The notes under the pieces: model-generated | Database searches by the model: none | What the model saw: only the letters and a program-made list of their open reading frames with translations | What the model was told of the DNA's origin: nothing | Assembly (NCBI RefSeq): GCF_000485595.1 | Contig: NW_014577088.1 | Location: 385,810-424,583 of the forward strand | Origin: Priapulus caudatus | Lineage: Eukaryota | Length of the DNA stretch: 38,774 bases | Direction: 5' to 3' | Translations under genes and position numbers: made by a program | Part shown: positions 1-14,987 of the stretch, piece by piece | How the letters are laid out: the number at the start of each line of letters is the position of its first letter | Numbering within the stretch: the first letter of the stretch is position 1

Positions 1-95
1 AGCTGCTGCTTCTAGTGGTTGACATCAATGGCTTTCAGCTCAGCCAGAAGAACTACCATCGGAGTGCTATTGAGACAGTCCTCTTGCTCAATAAG
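1..95 (+). CDS. GTPBP10: GTPBP10 internal exon (5' truncated by window edge)
   Basis: LLLLVVDINGFQLSQKNYHRSAIETVLLLNK, followed by donor gtcag at 96. Confidence 0.9.
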
Positions 96-1131
96 GTCAG
101 TGAGACCAATGCATCACTATTATCTTGATACTCCTGAAGTCAGTGTCACTACTTCTTTGTGACCTTATACTTGGTCACATATGTAGCGAGTAGTATAGAT
201 AATGAATTAGTTATCCTCTTGCAAAATGCATACTTTTTATATCCTATGAACCAATACGCAAATATATTGCATTAGCACATTCATATGCCAGCTACTCAAT
301 ATCATTAATATGTTCAACGCCACCTGATCACTGAGCTATCATTTTAATATACTCTTCTTAGTAACCCTTTATGTAAATAATTAAAAATGATGATAAGCTA
401 TGTGCAATAGGAAATGGAACTATACAAGGAAGACCTCCTCTACAAACCAGTAGTGGTGGCTATAAATAAAATGGACACACCCGGTGCCAAGGATAAAGTG
501 TCAGAATTAACGGAGCAGCTTCACACGTTGGATGGTGAGATCTTCCATAAGGTTTTAGATAACAAGGGGATGATGACAGTTTTCCTGGAGTAATAAAGCT
601 ATTGATGGGTGACCATTAACAGTTATCTGCCTTGATTTTGTAATTCTGCAAACGTTCCTGGGCTAGTGTGACAAGAGGTTGCCATCCAAATTTACCTTCC
701 AGTACTTAATTATTTCCATTTAGGGGATCGTTGTTTCTCATGTCATCTCTGTAACTATGGTGATAGTAATTGATATCAATTAAATCCTTCTCAAAGCACA
801 AAATCAAGTCCAATAACTTTCCCTCTTGTGGAGTATCATATAGTGCACCTAAACCATCGTCACATGGTTGTTTGTATCACTTGTTCACTGGGATGAATGT
901 TTATTTACAGAAGTTGTGAAACAATTACCAGAGGATATCCGCCCGAAGAGACTGCTCCGATTTGACCATGTTGTGCCCATCTCAGCAGACAAGGCACACG
1001 GAGTGGAAAAATTAAAGCAAGTTTTGCGCAGTGTGATGGACTTGTATGATGACGAATTTATACAAGAGGTGAATCAGGAAAACAGAATCGGACTGAAGTC
1101 TCGGAAAGAGAAAGGCATACAGCTCGTATAA
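1..1131 (+). CDS. GTPBP10: GTP-binding protein 10 (Obg-family GTPase), 3' part; exons <1-95, 411-534, 911-1131
   Basis: Spliced translation LLLLVVDINGFQLSQKNYHRSAIETVLLLNK|EMELYKEDLLYKPVVVAINKMDTPGAKDK...TLD|EVVKQLPEDIRP...VVPISA...IQLV* resembles the GTPBP10 C-terminal half (VVDIxGFQLS, ELELYKEEL, G4 NKMD, G5 ISA). All introns are GT-AG with consistent phases; stop at 1129-1131. Confidence 0.93.
411..534 (+). CDS. GTPBP10: GTPBP10 exon with G4 motif NKMD
   Basis: caatag|EMELYKEDLLYKPVVVAINKMDTPGAKDKVSELTEQLHTLD|gtgaga. Confidence 0.9.
911..1131 (+). CDS. GTPBP10: GTPBP10 last coding exon
   Basis: ttacag acceptor at 905-910; same frame as ORF 868..1131; contains the G5-like VPISA. Confidence 0.88.
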
Positions 1132-1604
1132 GTCTGCAAGTGAGTTTCTCATTGTTTATTGAAAGTGAAACGAGTGATGTGGCCGAAAACAAAATACGTG
1201 TTTCGACCTGAAGCTGTCGTGTTTCTTCAAGTACTTTAAATGTGATCTCTGTGGCAGTTGCTATACTGCTCAGTGGAAAGATGCAAACTAAATATCATTA
1301 CAGCATCAACTACTAAGTGGTTCAATTTAACTGATTGGTGGAATAGTTGCAATGCTGAAATTGTTAGTTGCACACAGGCTGTGTAAAGTTTTTTTTTTAC
1401 ATATAAACAAGTGTACAGATTTGTTATTTGTTAATTTTTTATTTTTTATCGCCTATTATAACTTTTAGTATAATCACTACCACAAACATAATCAATCAAT
1501 TAAAAATAGAACTTAATAACAATTACCTAAATACTATTAATCTACTTCCACATCTGTATTTTCCACTTTCCAACAAGTAGAACCAACATAACTTGGTATG
1601 AAGC

Positions 1605-1869
1605 CAGGGGCGTAGATAGCGGGGGGGGGATGCATCCCCCCACTTATTGACGTGGGGGGATGGCGTGTACAATCATCCCCCCACTTATTGACGTGGGGGG
1701 ATGGCGTGTACAATCATCCCCCCTACTTTCAGGAGGAAAATGGGGGATTCAAAATTTTCTGGGGGAGGACCCGCCTTACCACCCTCCTCGAAAACCTGCA
1801 TTGGCCACTGTCGAGCGTAACAAATTGAGCACCCTCCCCCCCCCTTCAAAAAAATTTCTGCGGCACCTG
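1605..1869. mobile_element. Non-autonomous DNA transposon (hAT-like MITE); a second partial copy starts at 1944
   Basis: Imperfect TIRs caggggcgtaga.../...tctgcggcacctg and an internal tandem duplication of about 40 bp. The 5' end recurs at 1944-2042. Confidence 0.6.
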
Positions 1870-4159
1870 TAGAGTACTGCTAACAAAGATTATGATTATG
1901 AATATTTGTATGCATATCAAAAGTTAAATTTGAGTTCATCTGACAGGGGCGTAGATAGCGTGGGGATGGGGGTATATCCCCCCCCCACACTTATTGAGGT
2001 GGGTTGGCTTTCATCCCCCCTACTTTCAGGAAGAAAATGGGGAACAGACAATAAATACTGGATATTTATCTACAAATCCGTCATCGCTATTCATACTCTC
2101 CTAATGTATTATTACAGAAACAACACAAAACGTGACATACATGTACTGTAAAATGGCTGTAACTCGTTCCAAGAATGACATTATTTTACTGAAACTCAAC
2201 TAATTTTGGACGCATTCCCCATATAGGATTTTTTTTCCAAAATACCCAGTCTTATCACTGCTCACAAAAGTTAAATCCTTGCTTTATTCAAAATTAGAAT
2301 TGACCTATTGAGAGTTGGTATATTGAATTTTCACGGGGATTGAATGGGAAAATTCAATTTCATCTCACTTTTTTTGGGGGGATGGGGGTGCTGAGACCCG
2401 ACCGGAAGTATATTCCTGATTTTGTATAAGGGGTGAAAATATGCACTCTTTGGTTCAAATCTGGTTGTTTTTCTCATATTTTTTTCCAGTTTTAACGTTC
2501 TCAGTAAAATGTTTTATCAAAATTTCAGGGGGAGATAATTCCAGTGCTGTAGTTGTCAACGGGGGGTCGGTAGCACGGGGCGGTCGCCCCCCCCCCCAGA
2601 ATTTTCAGGGCAAAGGTATTTTAGCCTAGGTAAGTCTGCACTGGTAACCNNNNNNNNNNGGACTAAACATGGAAATGGAGTAAAACACACTAATCACGGA
2701 CGCACGTGGACAGCCCTGACAAAAAGTTCCTTATCACGAGCGTCCATGTAATTGTTTACGAAATCACTGATGATAGCATTGCGTACGGCCGAGCATGCGT
2801 GCGAAAATGTCCGGTGCACTATAAATCTGTATCACACCCTCTTCGCCGGCAGCGGTTTGAAACTGTAAACAACCGATTTTTGGACTGCGGATTTCAATTA
2901 GACATTTCTTAGTAACCAGCAGTGATATTGGACAAACTAATACGCATTTGGCTATAAGGTAATGTACTTATTAACTACACAAGGTGCCAGTTACTCTAGC
3001 ATTCGTCAACATTGCATAATCAATGGGCTTATTATGCCTTTAACATCAATATTTTATATTATTGGCCCACAAAGCATTTTGTGATTAAGCATGATAAAAA
3101 CAATGCACAGGAGCATAGGTCCAACGGTACACAGAGACCCGATTTGGTTACAACATGAGATATAGCACCATCTTATTAAAATGTGTTTGTTAGACAAACA
3201 AATTTCCATAGGTTTTTGTAATCGACATATGCAGATGAATTAAAACAAAAAATCACAATGTTTTTGTATAAAATGATCGATATCAGGAGGTAACCTGATA
3301 TGGGTTCCAGCGCAGATTAGCTACCTATTTTAATTTGAATCTTCTTAATGAAATTGGCCAACAAATGAGGCCAATCTGTTGAGATGGCCAATTTGTTGGC
3401 CAACAAATGCCAACTATATACATTTCATGTACATGACACTTTTTAAAGCTTGACAAAATCTAAAATTAGTTAAAAAATATTTATTATAAAATATAAATAA
3501 TTATAGTTAAAATAAATTCCTATTTTAGTCATCCATAGTTTGAAAAACAACATATACAGATATGTTAACAGCCTGTAGTCTCCCTCGCCAACAAACAATA
3601 TCACCAATATCACCGGTAATGCTCCATTAAAAGGTGGCCAGAAGAAGTAGCCAGCTGAAAATAGATAAGTGTGATTTACTGTGTTATAAAGACTTGCCTA
3701 GTTATCAATAGCTAATAATACATTAGCTTACATAATTAATACATTACATAATGTATGATTAGCTAATGTAATTATCTCAATACACCGAGGAATCGTCACT
3801 CTGCCTTACCCATCGATAAACCAGGACCTTTGATATCATAACAACCATGACAGATACTCCTTTCTAATAAAATATTCATTGCATTTATCTCTCAGGGTAA
3901 AAAGTATATTAAAACTACTCATATGCCAGCCACATTAGTACAGCTATTATATCACTTACCAAACATCTGCTCAAATTACTGGTGTAAAAAAGCAGCAATC
4001 TTTTTAAATTTAAATAACACATGCATCTCTTAATTATAAAACAGCATCTTGTTCCAGCTACCCACTTAAGTTCCCACCATGCTAGGTTAATAATAAAAAA
4101 AGTGATCAAGTACCTTAACATGTTTTTATCGCTATCCTTAATTGAAATCGAATGACCAC

Positions 4160-4231
4160 TTATTTTTTAAGTTCAAATCGACTTCGCTCCAGTCCGAGAA
4201 ACTGACAACAGTTTCCTGCTAGTAGATCATC
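4160..4231 (-). CDS. ACMSD: ACMSD last coding exon
   Basis: catag|[23 protein letters not shown]; the human C-terminus is LKAGNALAFLGLERKQFE. Confidence 0.9.
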   Translation of the reverse strand, partial: DDLLAGNCCQFLGLERSRFELKK

Positions 4232-7200
4232 CTATGATGCAATGAAAACAGTTATTAGAAGTATAAAAAATATTTCTATGAGTCGGTATTGCACAATTAA
4301 TTCCACCAGCCAGACAGTGACAAAAGAAAGTGGTGGTGGTCAAAGGTACCAACACAATAAATCACATCTTTTACCAAGGCTGACACTTTTCAGGTTATTG
4401 TAATAAGTTTATGAAACATAAATATTACTAAATGCATAAGGAAAAAATGTTGATATCATATTCACTTTATTAGGTTAATCATTTAGTAATTGCATTTCCC
4501 TGATAGTATAGCCTTGATAAACGTACACAAGTAACAAGTGTAGTAACCCAGGCTACTTTCGTATTGAAGCAGAGGACTCAATACAATGGACCTATCCATC
4601 TGATGTGATAAATCATTGTTATGACAGGACATTTCAAAGACAAGGCTTAGAAAAAACGTTGTAAACCACACATTTTTGCAAGCATACATAAAACAAGTGT
4701 CGCAGAGTGACAGTACTCATCTGACTGTCTGAGCCAGTGCTAGAGCAAGAAGGGGATGTTGGAAAGTCACAGCTGAAATGTGCCTTTCCGTAATTTCATG
4801 TCTCAGCCACACTAGTGCCGCAGAGCAACAGTTCTCACGTAAGAGAGGAACGAGAGGAGGAGATGGGGGAGGGTAGATGGTGCGAGTGAGAGAGAGAGAG
4901 GGGATCTAGATAGCGTCCCTTATATAGTCCTTCTACCCTTTGACCTGTGACCACCAATTTTTCAAGGTGATGGCTTCTCTTACCCCGTATACCACATATC
5001 AAGACCATTTGTCAAGCCATTTATAATTGTGCCACAGCTATATTTTCTCAATGCCAGTCCTATACCTTAAGTTAAGGGGAGAATGTTGCTCCTCCTTTCA
5101 CGCCTCATGACCTTTGATCATTGACCACAGATTCGACCTCTCGATTTTATTTTGGATTGCCCTCCCCCTAGGGCTTGAATTTCAGTACTGTACAACGAGC
5201 CGTCTATAATTGTGCCTATATCGTTAACAGATAGACGGATGTTCATGTCATTCTAATCTACACACTGCATCTGACTACATCAGATGAGAATAAAACACAC
5301 ATAAACCTGATCGCATAGGAAAAATATGCAATAAGGCATTGTTATCCCGCTTAGACAGATAACCTAACCATGTTTTTGCCTGTTTATCATGTCAGAAATC
5401 AGAAAAAGACAGCCAACCAACATCAACCTACCTTCAGTTGGGGGCTTATATCTGGCATGCTCTCGATGAGTTTCCCCACCTGGTGTTCCCCAAGAGGAAA
5501 TGGGTAGTCTGACCCCAACATGACCCTATCCTGAATAAATATGAAACACTAATAAATACTCACTTCGCCATATTTAAGCATCTAGAAAAAGGTTAGCCAA
5601 ATAATACAATAGTTTATAGTTGTTGTCAACGATGTTAACCATTTCTCTTAATAATGCAACTTATATGGCAGCTATTGTTTTTAGCAATACATTGAACATG
5701 GCAGACACCATCTCAACCACTATTCCGCACACCTTGGATGTATTGGCTATATTATGTCGGCTGACATGCACCAATGCCCATACAATTTTGTGATCACCAT
5801 AATTTGACCACATTACCGATAAGGAGATTACCTAAACAATAACGAATCACTGCAAACCACACTCATTATCTACAACCTCGCTAGTATTTAGCCTGGAGTT
5901 GTCAACTTTTTTCAATATAATTGATTCCAGCATGTCCAATGCAAGTAGTTCTGGCTATGGCACCCTACATTATTCAGTTACAGTTCAATGTGGATACGAT
6001 ATTGGCCGAGGTATGCCGAGTGGAAAACCACCATGCAAGAGATGCAGATCAAATGGGTCTCTGCGTACATGTCCCAGTGTCTTCATGAGTAGCCGGAGGG
6101 CATCTCTGTCGTGCACCAATGAGTCACTCCAGATTCGACCAATGTAGTTGCGGGGACCATGACTGTTGTCAATAGCACACAGATCAGGTCGTACATTGAA
6201 GCCATGTTCTATCCTACCTAAACACAGATACAGCTATTAGCACATTTCTACACACATCGATAAAAACTATATTTCAGTTTTTTTGTGTGATTGGAATTCA
6301 TCTGGGATATTCGTGTATGTATATTTTCCACTGAGATTTAACGGAACTTGAAATTAGTACAATATCATAGTTATAGTCCATGGTAAGTTACTACGATATT
6401 GTACCTGTAGAGTAAGGAGAAGTTACTCCAATATCATTTCCACGGTAAACAATCAGCTACCAGAATATCATACCTATAGTGTATGGGAAGGTGCCACAAC
6501 CATGTGCAAAGCACACCTTTAACCGTGGGAATCGCTCCAGCACTCCACCAAACAGAATTGATACGACGGATGTTGTTGTTTCTGCTGGCATGCCTACAAT
6601 CAGTAGATAATGGTGCAACAATCGAGTTAACACTGATCAAAAATCAAAATAAATTTTAAATAAACACCATGTCTTTGATTAGACAGGTAAAGACTATGTC
6701 CTGCTTTCTGGTAGTTATGAATACTCACAATTTCGAGGTGACATATGACATCAACCTTTTTATTGAAAAAAGTGTTGTCAAATGTGGATGTATATATGGT
6801 AACTTTAACACTTGCAATTACACACACGTTTTAAATTAGATGTTAACTATTTTCTAGAGGAGAGTAATACAAATTAAATATTATTAATTAATTATCTCGT
6901 TGCGTCAACCTGGCAAGAGCAACGGCATGTATAGACACCAAGAAGCTATTGAAAAAAGTCACAAAGACCTCTCATCTCATATGATTCAACATTTGCAGCA
7001 TTGCAGTTACTCTCCACGTTACTACAAATGTTGTAAATAGGACACAATATTTCAAGTATACACTATATATACAGCAAGAATTTGGCAAACCTATACATAC
7101 CTCCTCAAAAATTTACAGAAAAAAACTAGCAAACAGCATCAACAATGATGCTGGCCTCTATAACTAGAATGTCGGAATGATAACGCACCTACTAACCAAG

Positions 7201-10200
7201 GTAGCCAGTACTTATTCATTCTACCACTCTGATCCATGTCCCATGGATGAACAAATATGGCACAGTCCAGATCTTGGGCAGTCTGTTTGGGAGTAGAAAT
7301 AAACCATGTGTGATAATTATATACCTAAATAGTGCATGTGCTATACATCCACAGAAGCTTTTCGAATTAAAAGGTATAATAGTAGAGATGTGTAAGTACA
7401 GCACATACAGCATAGATTGGGTCCAATTCGGGCGCATTCAAATCCCAGTCATTTATATGCGAGCCAATCTGAATACCCGGAAAACCAAGGTCATGATGTA
7501 TCCGCTTTAACTCCTCTACAGCCAGACGGGGTGCCTGCATCGGCAGAGTTCCAAGTCCCACAAACCTGCAGCGGCCGCACAGCCATCACAGATCAACGAA
7601 ATTGATTAAGGCTTTACACTTGACATGAATACAATGTAATTAATTCAGTAGGTCAAGTACATTGCTCAAATGTTATTCCATTAGTTGAGTACAATTTTTC
7701 ACTTGCACATGAAACATCTGGGATTGTTGACAATATCTTTCATCCTGAACAGTTTACAATCACTGTACTTTACACAGTTGAAGAAGCATTGTGAAAAATG
7801 CGACTACAGTTTAGCGCCAATTACCTATCAGGGTGCGTTCGAATCTGATCGGCCATATCATTATTAAGCAACCTACACAGGTCAAGTGTGTCTGCCGGTT
7901 TTGCCCAGTAATTAAACATTACTGGAACAGTAGACAGGGCCTGTACTGTGACGCCTGAAAGATATAAACTATATCAACCATGTGACCTCCAGTGATGTCT
8001 ACTTGTTTCAGGCAGCCCCTCTTTAAAACAGCATTAGGTCACACCTATATTCAAGTATACTAACATAGATTACTTGCATGTAGTTAGGGATGGTGAAAGT
8101 GAAAATGAGAACTTGTATCCAATCTCAATATCATCTCTGTAAGATCTAAGCAGCAGCAGTTTAGTAATAAGCAAACAGATGGCACACTAAATTAATAAGC
8201 TTACCTGTGACCACACCTAATGCTTGATTAGCTAATCTACGTACCAATTAGAAACAGCAAAGCAATCATTTTACTAAATAGGAGTTAGTTGCTTTAGTGA
8301 TACGTGAAAGAAGGATTATTGGGAGTGTGTATGCATTACTTAGTATACGTCTGAAAAATTCCAGCTTACATACACCTGTTAGTGTTACTGTCATAGTTGT
8401 TGGTACCTTGTTAGTAAACTTTCAAACCGTTGTAAGTATTTCATTCTTCTGTCTTCTATCTTTTACACTTGTAGCACAACACCAACACCATACTATTACA
8501 AAGTATAAGAATAGTGAAGTAGAACTTTAACCTTATATGCAACAACTGGTTTTTAATGGTTTTAAATAAACTGAAAATGATGCAAATGAAATTAGTTATA
8601 GTGTAAAACAAATAGACAAGTATTCCATCATTACCAGATATGATGATCACTGAATTTCAAAAGTAAAAACCAACTGCTAAAGTTGGATGACATTTGCACA
8701 ATTACACATACGGGATATCCTTCAAAGTAAAACGATTAATTTCTGTGAGAGTGTCTTATTCTATTTCCTACCATCCCTGTCCATATCACTGATCCGTGCC
8801 TTGGTGGACCAACAGTTTTCCTCGATGATCCGAAACAGCTTGTCATCTATCATCATTCGAGCCTTGCCAGGCTCATGGTGATCTAAACTAATAAACCCTC
8901 CATAGCCATAGCGCTGAAAAAAGCAATGATGATGCATGTCTACATATATGCTAACAATGCAAAGTTCCTACCAGGCTAATAGCAAAATCTTATATATTGA
9001 AATCAATTAACATTATGAGAATGAGAAATGATTGTAAGGCTTCCGTAATATTCAGCTTCTTTAATGAGAACGACATTAAATCATACCATGAAACTAACCT
9101 ATGCAGATTGAACAAAATATAAATGCCTGCACACAAACCTTTGAAAAATGGTAACTGGCAACCTTTCTTTTCTAGAACCCAAGCTATAATTTGGCTATAA
9201 AGCGAGAGCCTGGAGAGGAAAACTTTGGAGAAGTGGAAGCAAAATTAACCATTCTAAAAATGCAAGGGTATTCAATTGTCCTATCAACCTGGTGTAATTG
9301 ATGGGCAATGCTACATTGCTAGGTAATCACTCTTGCAATAAGACATTCTAAAAACAACGTTTGACAAAGAAGTGCCGCAAAATCACCGGAAAATTAAATG
9401 GATGAGTGAAAAACACATACATATGATAATGGTCTAACTTGACTGACCTATCAGAAACATCCAAAGGGGAATGGTTATTTTACTCAGGCAGATAGGTCAA
9501 CGCCTCAATGGAGTACCGGCAAAACCAATCGGCTAAGTGGCACTATATTATAATATANNNNNNNNNNTATCAGTTATAGAGTGGCTCCATAATGATTTGC
9601 CATCAAGAACGACAAACAAACAGATCATACAACCTCAAATATGTATTAGATACATGAAAAATTGCCAAGCGTATTGTGTCTTCAGTCTTTGCCCTAGTGT
9701 ATAACAGTTACTCAACCTACACTTTCAACTGTAACTTGTGACTAATGGTTACAGCCTACATCTACAGAGTTAACAATTGTCTCTCCATCAGCAATTTATG
9801 TTGATGCACTTAAAGCATCCATAAATATAATGAGTTAACACATTGGACGACGCCATTCGAGCGGAGATGCCCCCGCGCATTTGAAGAAAATAACGAGTAA
9901 AGGCGTCAATGAACGGAGATATTCCGTCAGTTGTGTTTTCATTAGCACATCATAGATGGGCAGCCCAGTACAACAGCCCATAGACCAAAAGTCTCATGTC
10001 ACCAGTCCAGTGAACTTATTTAATCAGAAATGATCTAGGCGATGCAGGGTTTGTGTAACAGCCGTTGATTACGTGGACGAGACTCGTTAGCATAGCTGCA
10101 TCAAGTGTGCTGTTCCAAGGGTGGAATGTTTTGGCCGACCTATCATTCTTGTCAAAAACAATTATTGCCGGGCCAGTCTATGTCGAGCCCCGCCATCCCT

Positions 10201-12205
10201 AAAATGCGGCCCGCTCACGCTAGAAAATCATAACGCCATTGCTGGTGTATACCAGAAGGTCAAACAATTAATACATGTCTATGCTACTGAGTACGGCAGT
10301 CCACACACGAAGTACAGATTAGTCACACCTCATCCCTAACACTATACACTTAAACACTGAACTCTAAAACCGATCTCGGCATCATGTACGAGTGTTATAG
10401 TACTAAAAATTAATCTTATGGTGGTATAACGCTATTTGCTTTAAATATTTTTGGCATCTGAACTGACAATACATCGTCCCAACCAACTGTGTACGGCTAG
10501 CTTGGCACAATATGTTCATTTTCATACTTTAAATCCGAGTAGTGTGTTTCTAGCTCATCAAGAAATCTTAATTTGATAACGTGATTAATTTCGCAAACGC
10601 GCATTCTATACGGGGGCAGGTAACCCAGTCTATACACGAGGTAGAGTAGACTGGTACCAATCTTCACGACCACTCCTGCCATTGTCATATGGTGACAATT
10701 TTTTTTTTTTATTATGAGGAGCTGAACTCGATTTGGAAACGCAGGAAACCAGCAAGTTCACCCTACATTTTGGTATTTTTATTCCATAATTATTTTGAAT
10801 TCTTCGCGATGCTTTGCCTAGGCAAAACAAACATTTTCACCCACATGCAGTGCTTCAATTTACATGCAGCACGAGTGTCCAGGATTAGCAATCTCAGAGC
10901 TTCTTACAATTCAAAATTTTTAACGCTGGACATCGCCCCTGGACCCCTAGGCAGTGAGTAGCACCCCCAGATGCTGAAAATGTTAAAAGCTTGGAGAACG
11001 CTGGTATATATATATATATATAATATATATATTCAGGAGTAGATTAATAGGGAAGGAGTGTGACATCAAATAAACAAGGAAATTCCGTCATTTAACTACG
11101 CCTTATAATACGCTCGATTTACTACGCGTAACTCATCCAAACTTAGGAGCTCAAATCGGACACAGTACATTCGCCGTAGCAAATCGTGCAAATCGTTTCC
11201 CTCGTATACACGCCGGCGCTCCGCAGAGCGCGCAATCCGGAGATACAGACTAAAACGTATGACACGATTCTCCATTCTTGGCCATCAATTCCAAAATCTC
11301 ATTGCGGCGCCTCTAATTCATAACAAAAGGGCAGCTACGGCTAATGACGCACAGCTTGGCTAACTCGCAGGGCCAATGTGGGCTGCGCTGGGAAGATTTG
11401 AGACCGCGATCCAGCATGGCTTAGCTGATTGGCGGTTGGCGTGCGTGCGTGAAGGCATCCAGCTATGTGGCAAGGTGGCCTGTGTAGCTGTGTACGGCAG
11501 GGTCAAAGGTTATCTCGGGGCAGAGTGTTGATGCCGAATTTCGCCAGCGAGCCACATGCGCTCGCCGAATTAGCATAGCGCGGTCTTAGGTAGCTGGCCT
11601 TTGTTTGAATTAAGAGGCACGCATATGGATTTGGATGAGGCCAAAGAATGGAGAATCGTGCATACGTTTAGGTCTGTATGCTCCGATGCGGTGTTATACG
11701 AGGCGAACCTAAAGACAAAAAAAAATACAACTCTATTTTTTTGTTCCGGGACGATGCTAGGCGAATGTAGCTGTGTTCCGATGTTGAGCCAAGTTGGATG
11801 AGTGGTATCGCATAGTAAAATCGTAGGTATTATAAGAGCTAGTAAATGACGAAATTTCCTGTTTATGATGTCACAGCTCCTTCCCTATATATCTACTCCT
11901 GATATATCATATATTAGTCCAAGATAGGGCTTAAACGAGCCAGCTCAAACAGAGGTCAGGGGGCATAAAAAATAGACCTTGATCATGGGCCTCACATGAA
12001 CTCTTGTCGAGTACTGCGTGTGTAGATTATAATATAGTGCCACCACTACTATAAAAGGATTTAATTAAAAATTATTGTGCAACCAGTGCATCAAATCAAA
12101 AATAAGCACTCAAATCTAGAGAAATAATAATGTTTATGTATAGAGTGTAAATGTTTACTTGTAAGCGAACTTGCAATCAACGTGTATGTGTAACATTTAA
12201 AGTTC

Positions 12206-12272
<67 letters not shown>

Positions 12273-14759
12273 TCTATATATAATATATATACAGGGTTCT
12301 CCAAGCTTTTAAATTATAGCATGGGGGTGCTACTCACTGCTAGGGGGGTCCAGGGGCATGTAGCGTAAAAAATTTGAATTGTAGAAGCTCTGAGATGCAA
12401 TCTGGGACACTCTGTGTGTAAATTTGAGGCACTGCATGTGGGATGAAAATGTTTGTTTTGCATAAGCAAAGCCATCGGAAAATTCAAAATAATTAATGGA
12501 ATAAAAATACCAAAATGTAGGGGTGAACTTGCTGGTTTCCTGGTTTCCAAATCAAGTTCACCTCTCATAAAAAAAAAAAATTGTCACCATTGACAATGGC
12601 AGGAGTGGTCGGTAAGTGTACCAGTCTACTCTACCTCGTGTTAGACTGGGTTACCTGCCCCGTAATAATGCCGTTGGAAATTAATTCACGATTAAGATTT
12701 CTTGATGAGCTAGAAAACACTCGGATTTAAAGTATGAAAATGAACATTATTGTGCCAGCTAGCCTACACCAGTTGGTTGGGATTGATTGTCAGTTCAGAT
12801 GCAAAATATTTAAAGTAAAAGGTTATACACCATAGATTAATTTTGGTACTATAACATGCGTACATATAAGATAGCCGAGTCGGTTTAGAGTCAGTGTTAG
12901 TGTTAGTGTTAGGGATATGGTGACTGCCTGTACTTGTGTGTGGGACTGCCGTACTCGTAGCATCGACATGTATTAATTGTTTGAACTTCTTGTGTATACA
13001 CCAGCATGGCGGTTATGATATTTAGCGTGGCGGGTGCATTTTAGGATGGCGGGGCTCGACGATAGCCTGGCGGGCCGCCAGGCTATAAGTGCCCTTGGAG
13101 AAACCTGATATAGGGTTAAGGTTAGTCAGAAATAGCTAAACGACCCAGGTCAAACAGAGGTCAGGGGAACATAGACCGTACGAGCCATGAGCTGCTTATA
13201 TAAACATAAGCATCATACTATCTCACACGTGCACGTTCTAAAAGTTTCAACTTAATAATGATAGTTTACAAGTTACAACGAGTTTACTAGGAAGGAAGTG
13301 AAGGAACAAGTACAGAAGAATGCGGTCAATTAAGCTTTAAGAGCAGAAAGCAGGTATGATTGAGAGGTAAATGTTCAGGCTTTACGGCAATTTATGGTAA
13401 ATATAAGTATATTGTCACTACGTAATTAGTTACATTGCACAATATCCTTCTAAACAGTGTATACATATTAATGTTCAGCCCATGTGGGGATGTGAGGCCC
13501 ATCACAATCTATCGACTTTTCAGAAATGGGTAGCACTAGTCTACCACGTTAAGAGATACTAGTGGCTGGATACTTAACTAATTGTCAGAAACGTTGAGCA
13601 CATTGAGCGCGACAATTTTTCAAAAAGGTAACCAGCCAGCGCCCACAATTTTTGGATTTTTGACAAATTTAATTTTTCTAAAAAAAAATTAACTAGCAAG
13701 GCTAGAGCATCCCTTTATATATGTTTCTAAAGCTGGTGATATGACTGAACCAATAAAAGAAACCTTTTTGTGATATCTCTCTTTGTATTTTTCCACCAAG
13801 TATTTGAAAATGGCTTAATTTCACAAAAAATGCTCAAATTTCAACAAAAAACGTAATTTTAACAAACTTTTTAGATTACACATATATTCTATGAAAAATG
13901 CAACTTATGAAACAACCCGGGTAATACAGGTTAGGTATTTCCTTTCATAGGAATGATCATCAAATCTAACAGGTATTATTTTGAAGAATGATAGGCTGCA
14001 AAACTTCACCTTTGTGAATGGAACAGCACATTGATGAGCTATCGTAACGAGTCTCGCCACGTAATCAACGCGTTTACACAGACCCTGATCGGCTAGATCA
14101 TTTCTGATAAAATTAATTCACATGACTGTGACATGAGACTTTGTCTATGGTGTTTGATGGGCTGCCATCTATTGATTGCTAATGAAAACACCAACTGACC
14201 GGAATCTCCGTCATTGCGCTTTACTGTTATTTTTTCAAATGACGGGGATCTCCGTGCAATGGCCGCTCAATGTGTTAACTCATTATTTATTGATGCTTAA
14301 GCACAAATAAATTGCTGATTAAGAGACAGATGTGTACCTTGTAAGTAGGTGTAACCATTAGTCACAAGTACAGTGAAAGTTGTAGGTTGATAACTGTTAC
14401 ACTAGGCAAAAGACTGAAGACACAATACGCTTGGCACATTTCATGTATCCAATACATATTTGGGAATGTATGTCTGTTTGTTTGTCTGTTCTTGATGCAA
14501 ATCAATATGGAGCACTCTATAACTGTTCAATGATGTTTAGTAGGGGCAAATTTTGATGCTGAATGTCATGGGCACATTGGATTTGACCACCGAGGTCATC
14601 TAAGCAAAAAGCACGAAAAAATAGAAAAAATAAATGGGCCCCTCCAGCAGCATTAAATAAACGGGCCCTGCAGTACAGGATTCAAGTCAAAACAGTCCAA
14701 ACAGGATTCAGCTTGCACTGACTTTCCTGTTATTAAAGCTGCAGTAGATAAATAAATAA

Positions 14760-14807
<48 letters not shown>

Positions 14808-14853
14808 TTAGATAGATAATATTAAAATAGATACATAAATGATAGATAGATAG

Positions 14854-14884
<31 letters not shown>

Positions 14885-14910
14885 TTAGATAGATAAATAA
14901 TAGATACGAT

Positions 14911-14987
<77 letters not shown>

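Larger units (their letters stand above)
9570..14525. repeat. Large inverted duplication in an ACMSD intron
   Basis: 9570-10168 is the reverse complement of about 13970-14525, and 10169-11003 of about 12292-13072. There are many 1-bp indels, and the repeat starts at the N-gap 9558-9567. Confidence 0.85.

Noticed and set aside
3353..3415. Repeated ggccaa units with an 18-bp palindrome, superficially CRISPR-like
   Set aside because: No regular repeat-spacer structure, eukaryotic context and no cas genes.
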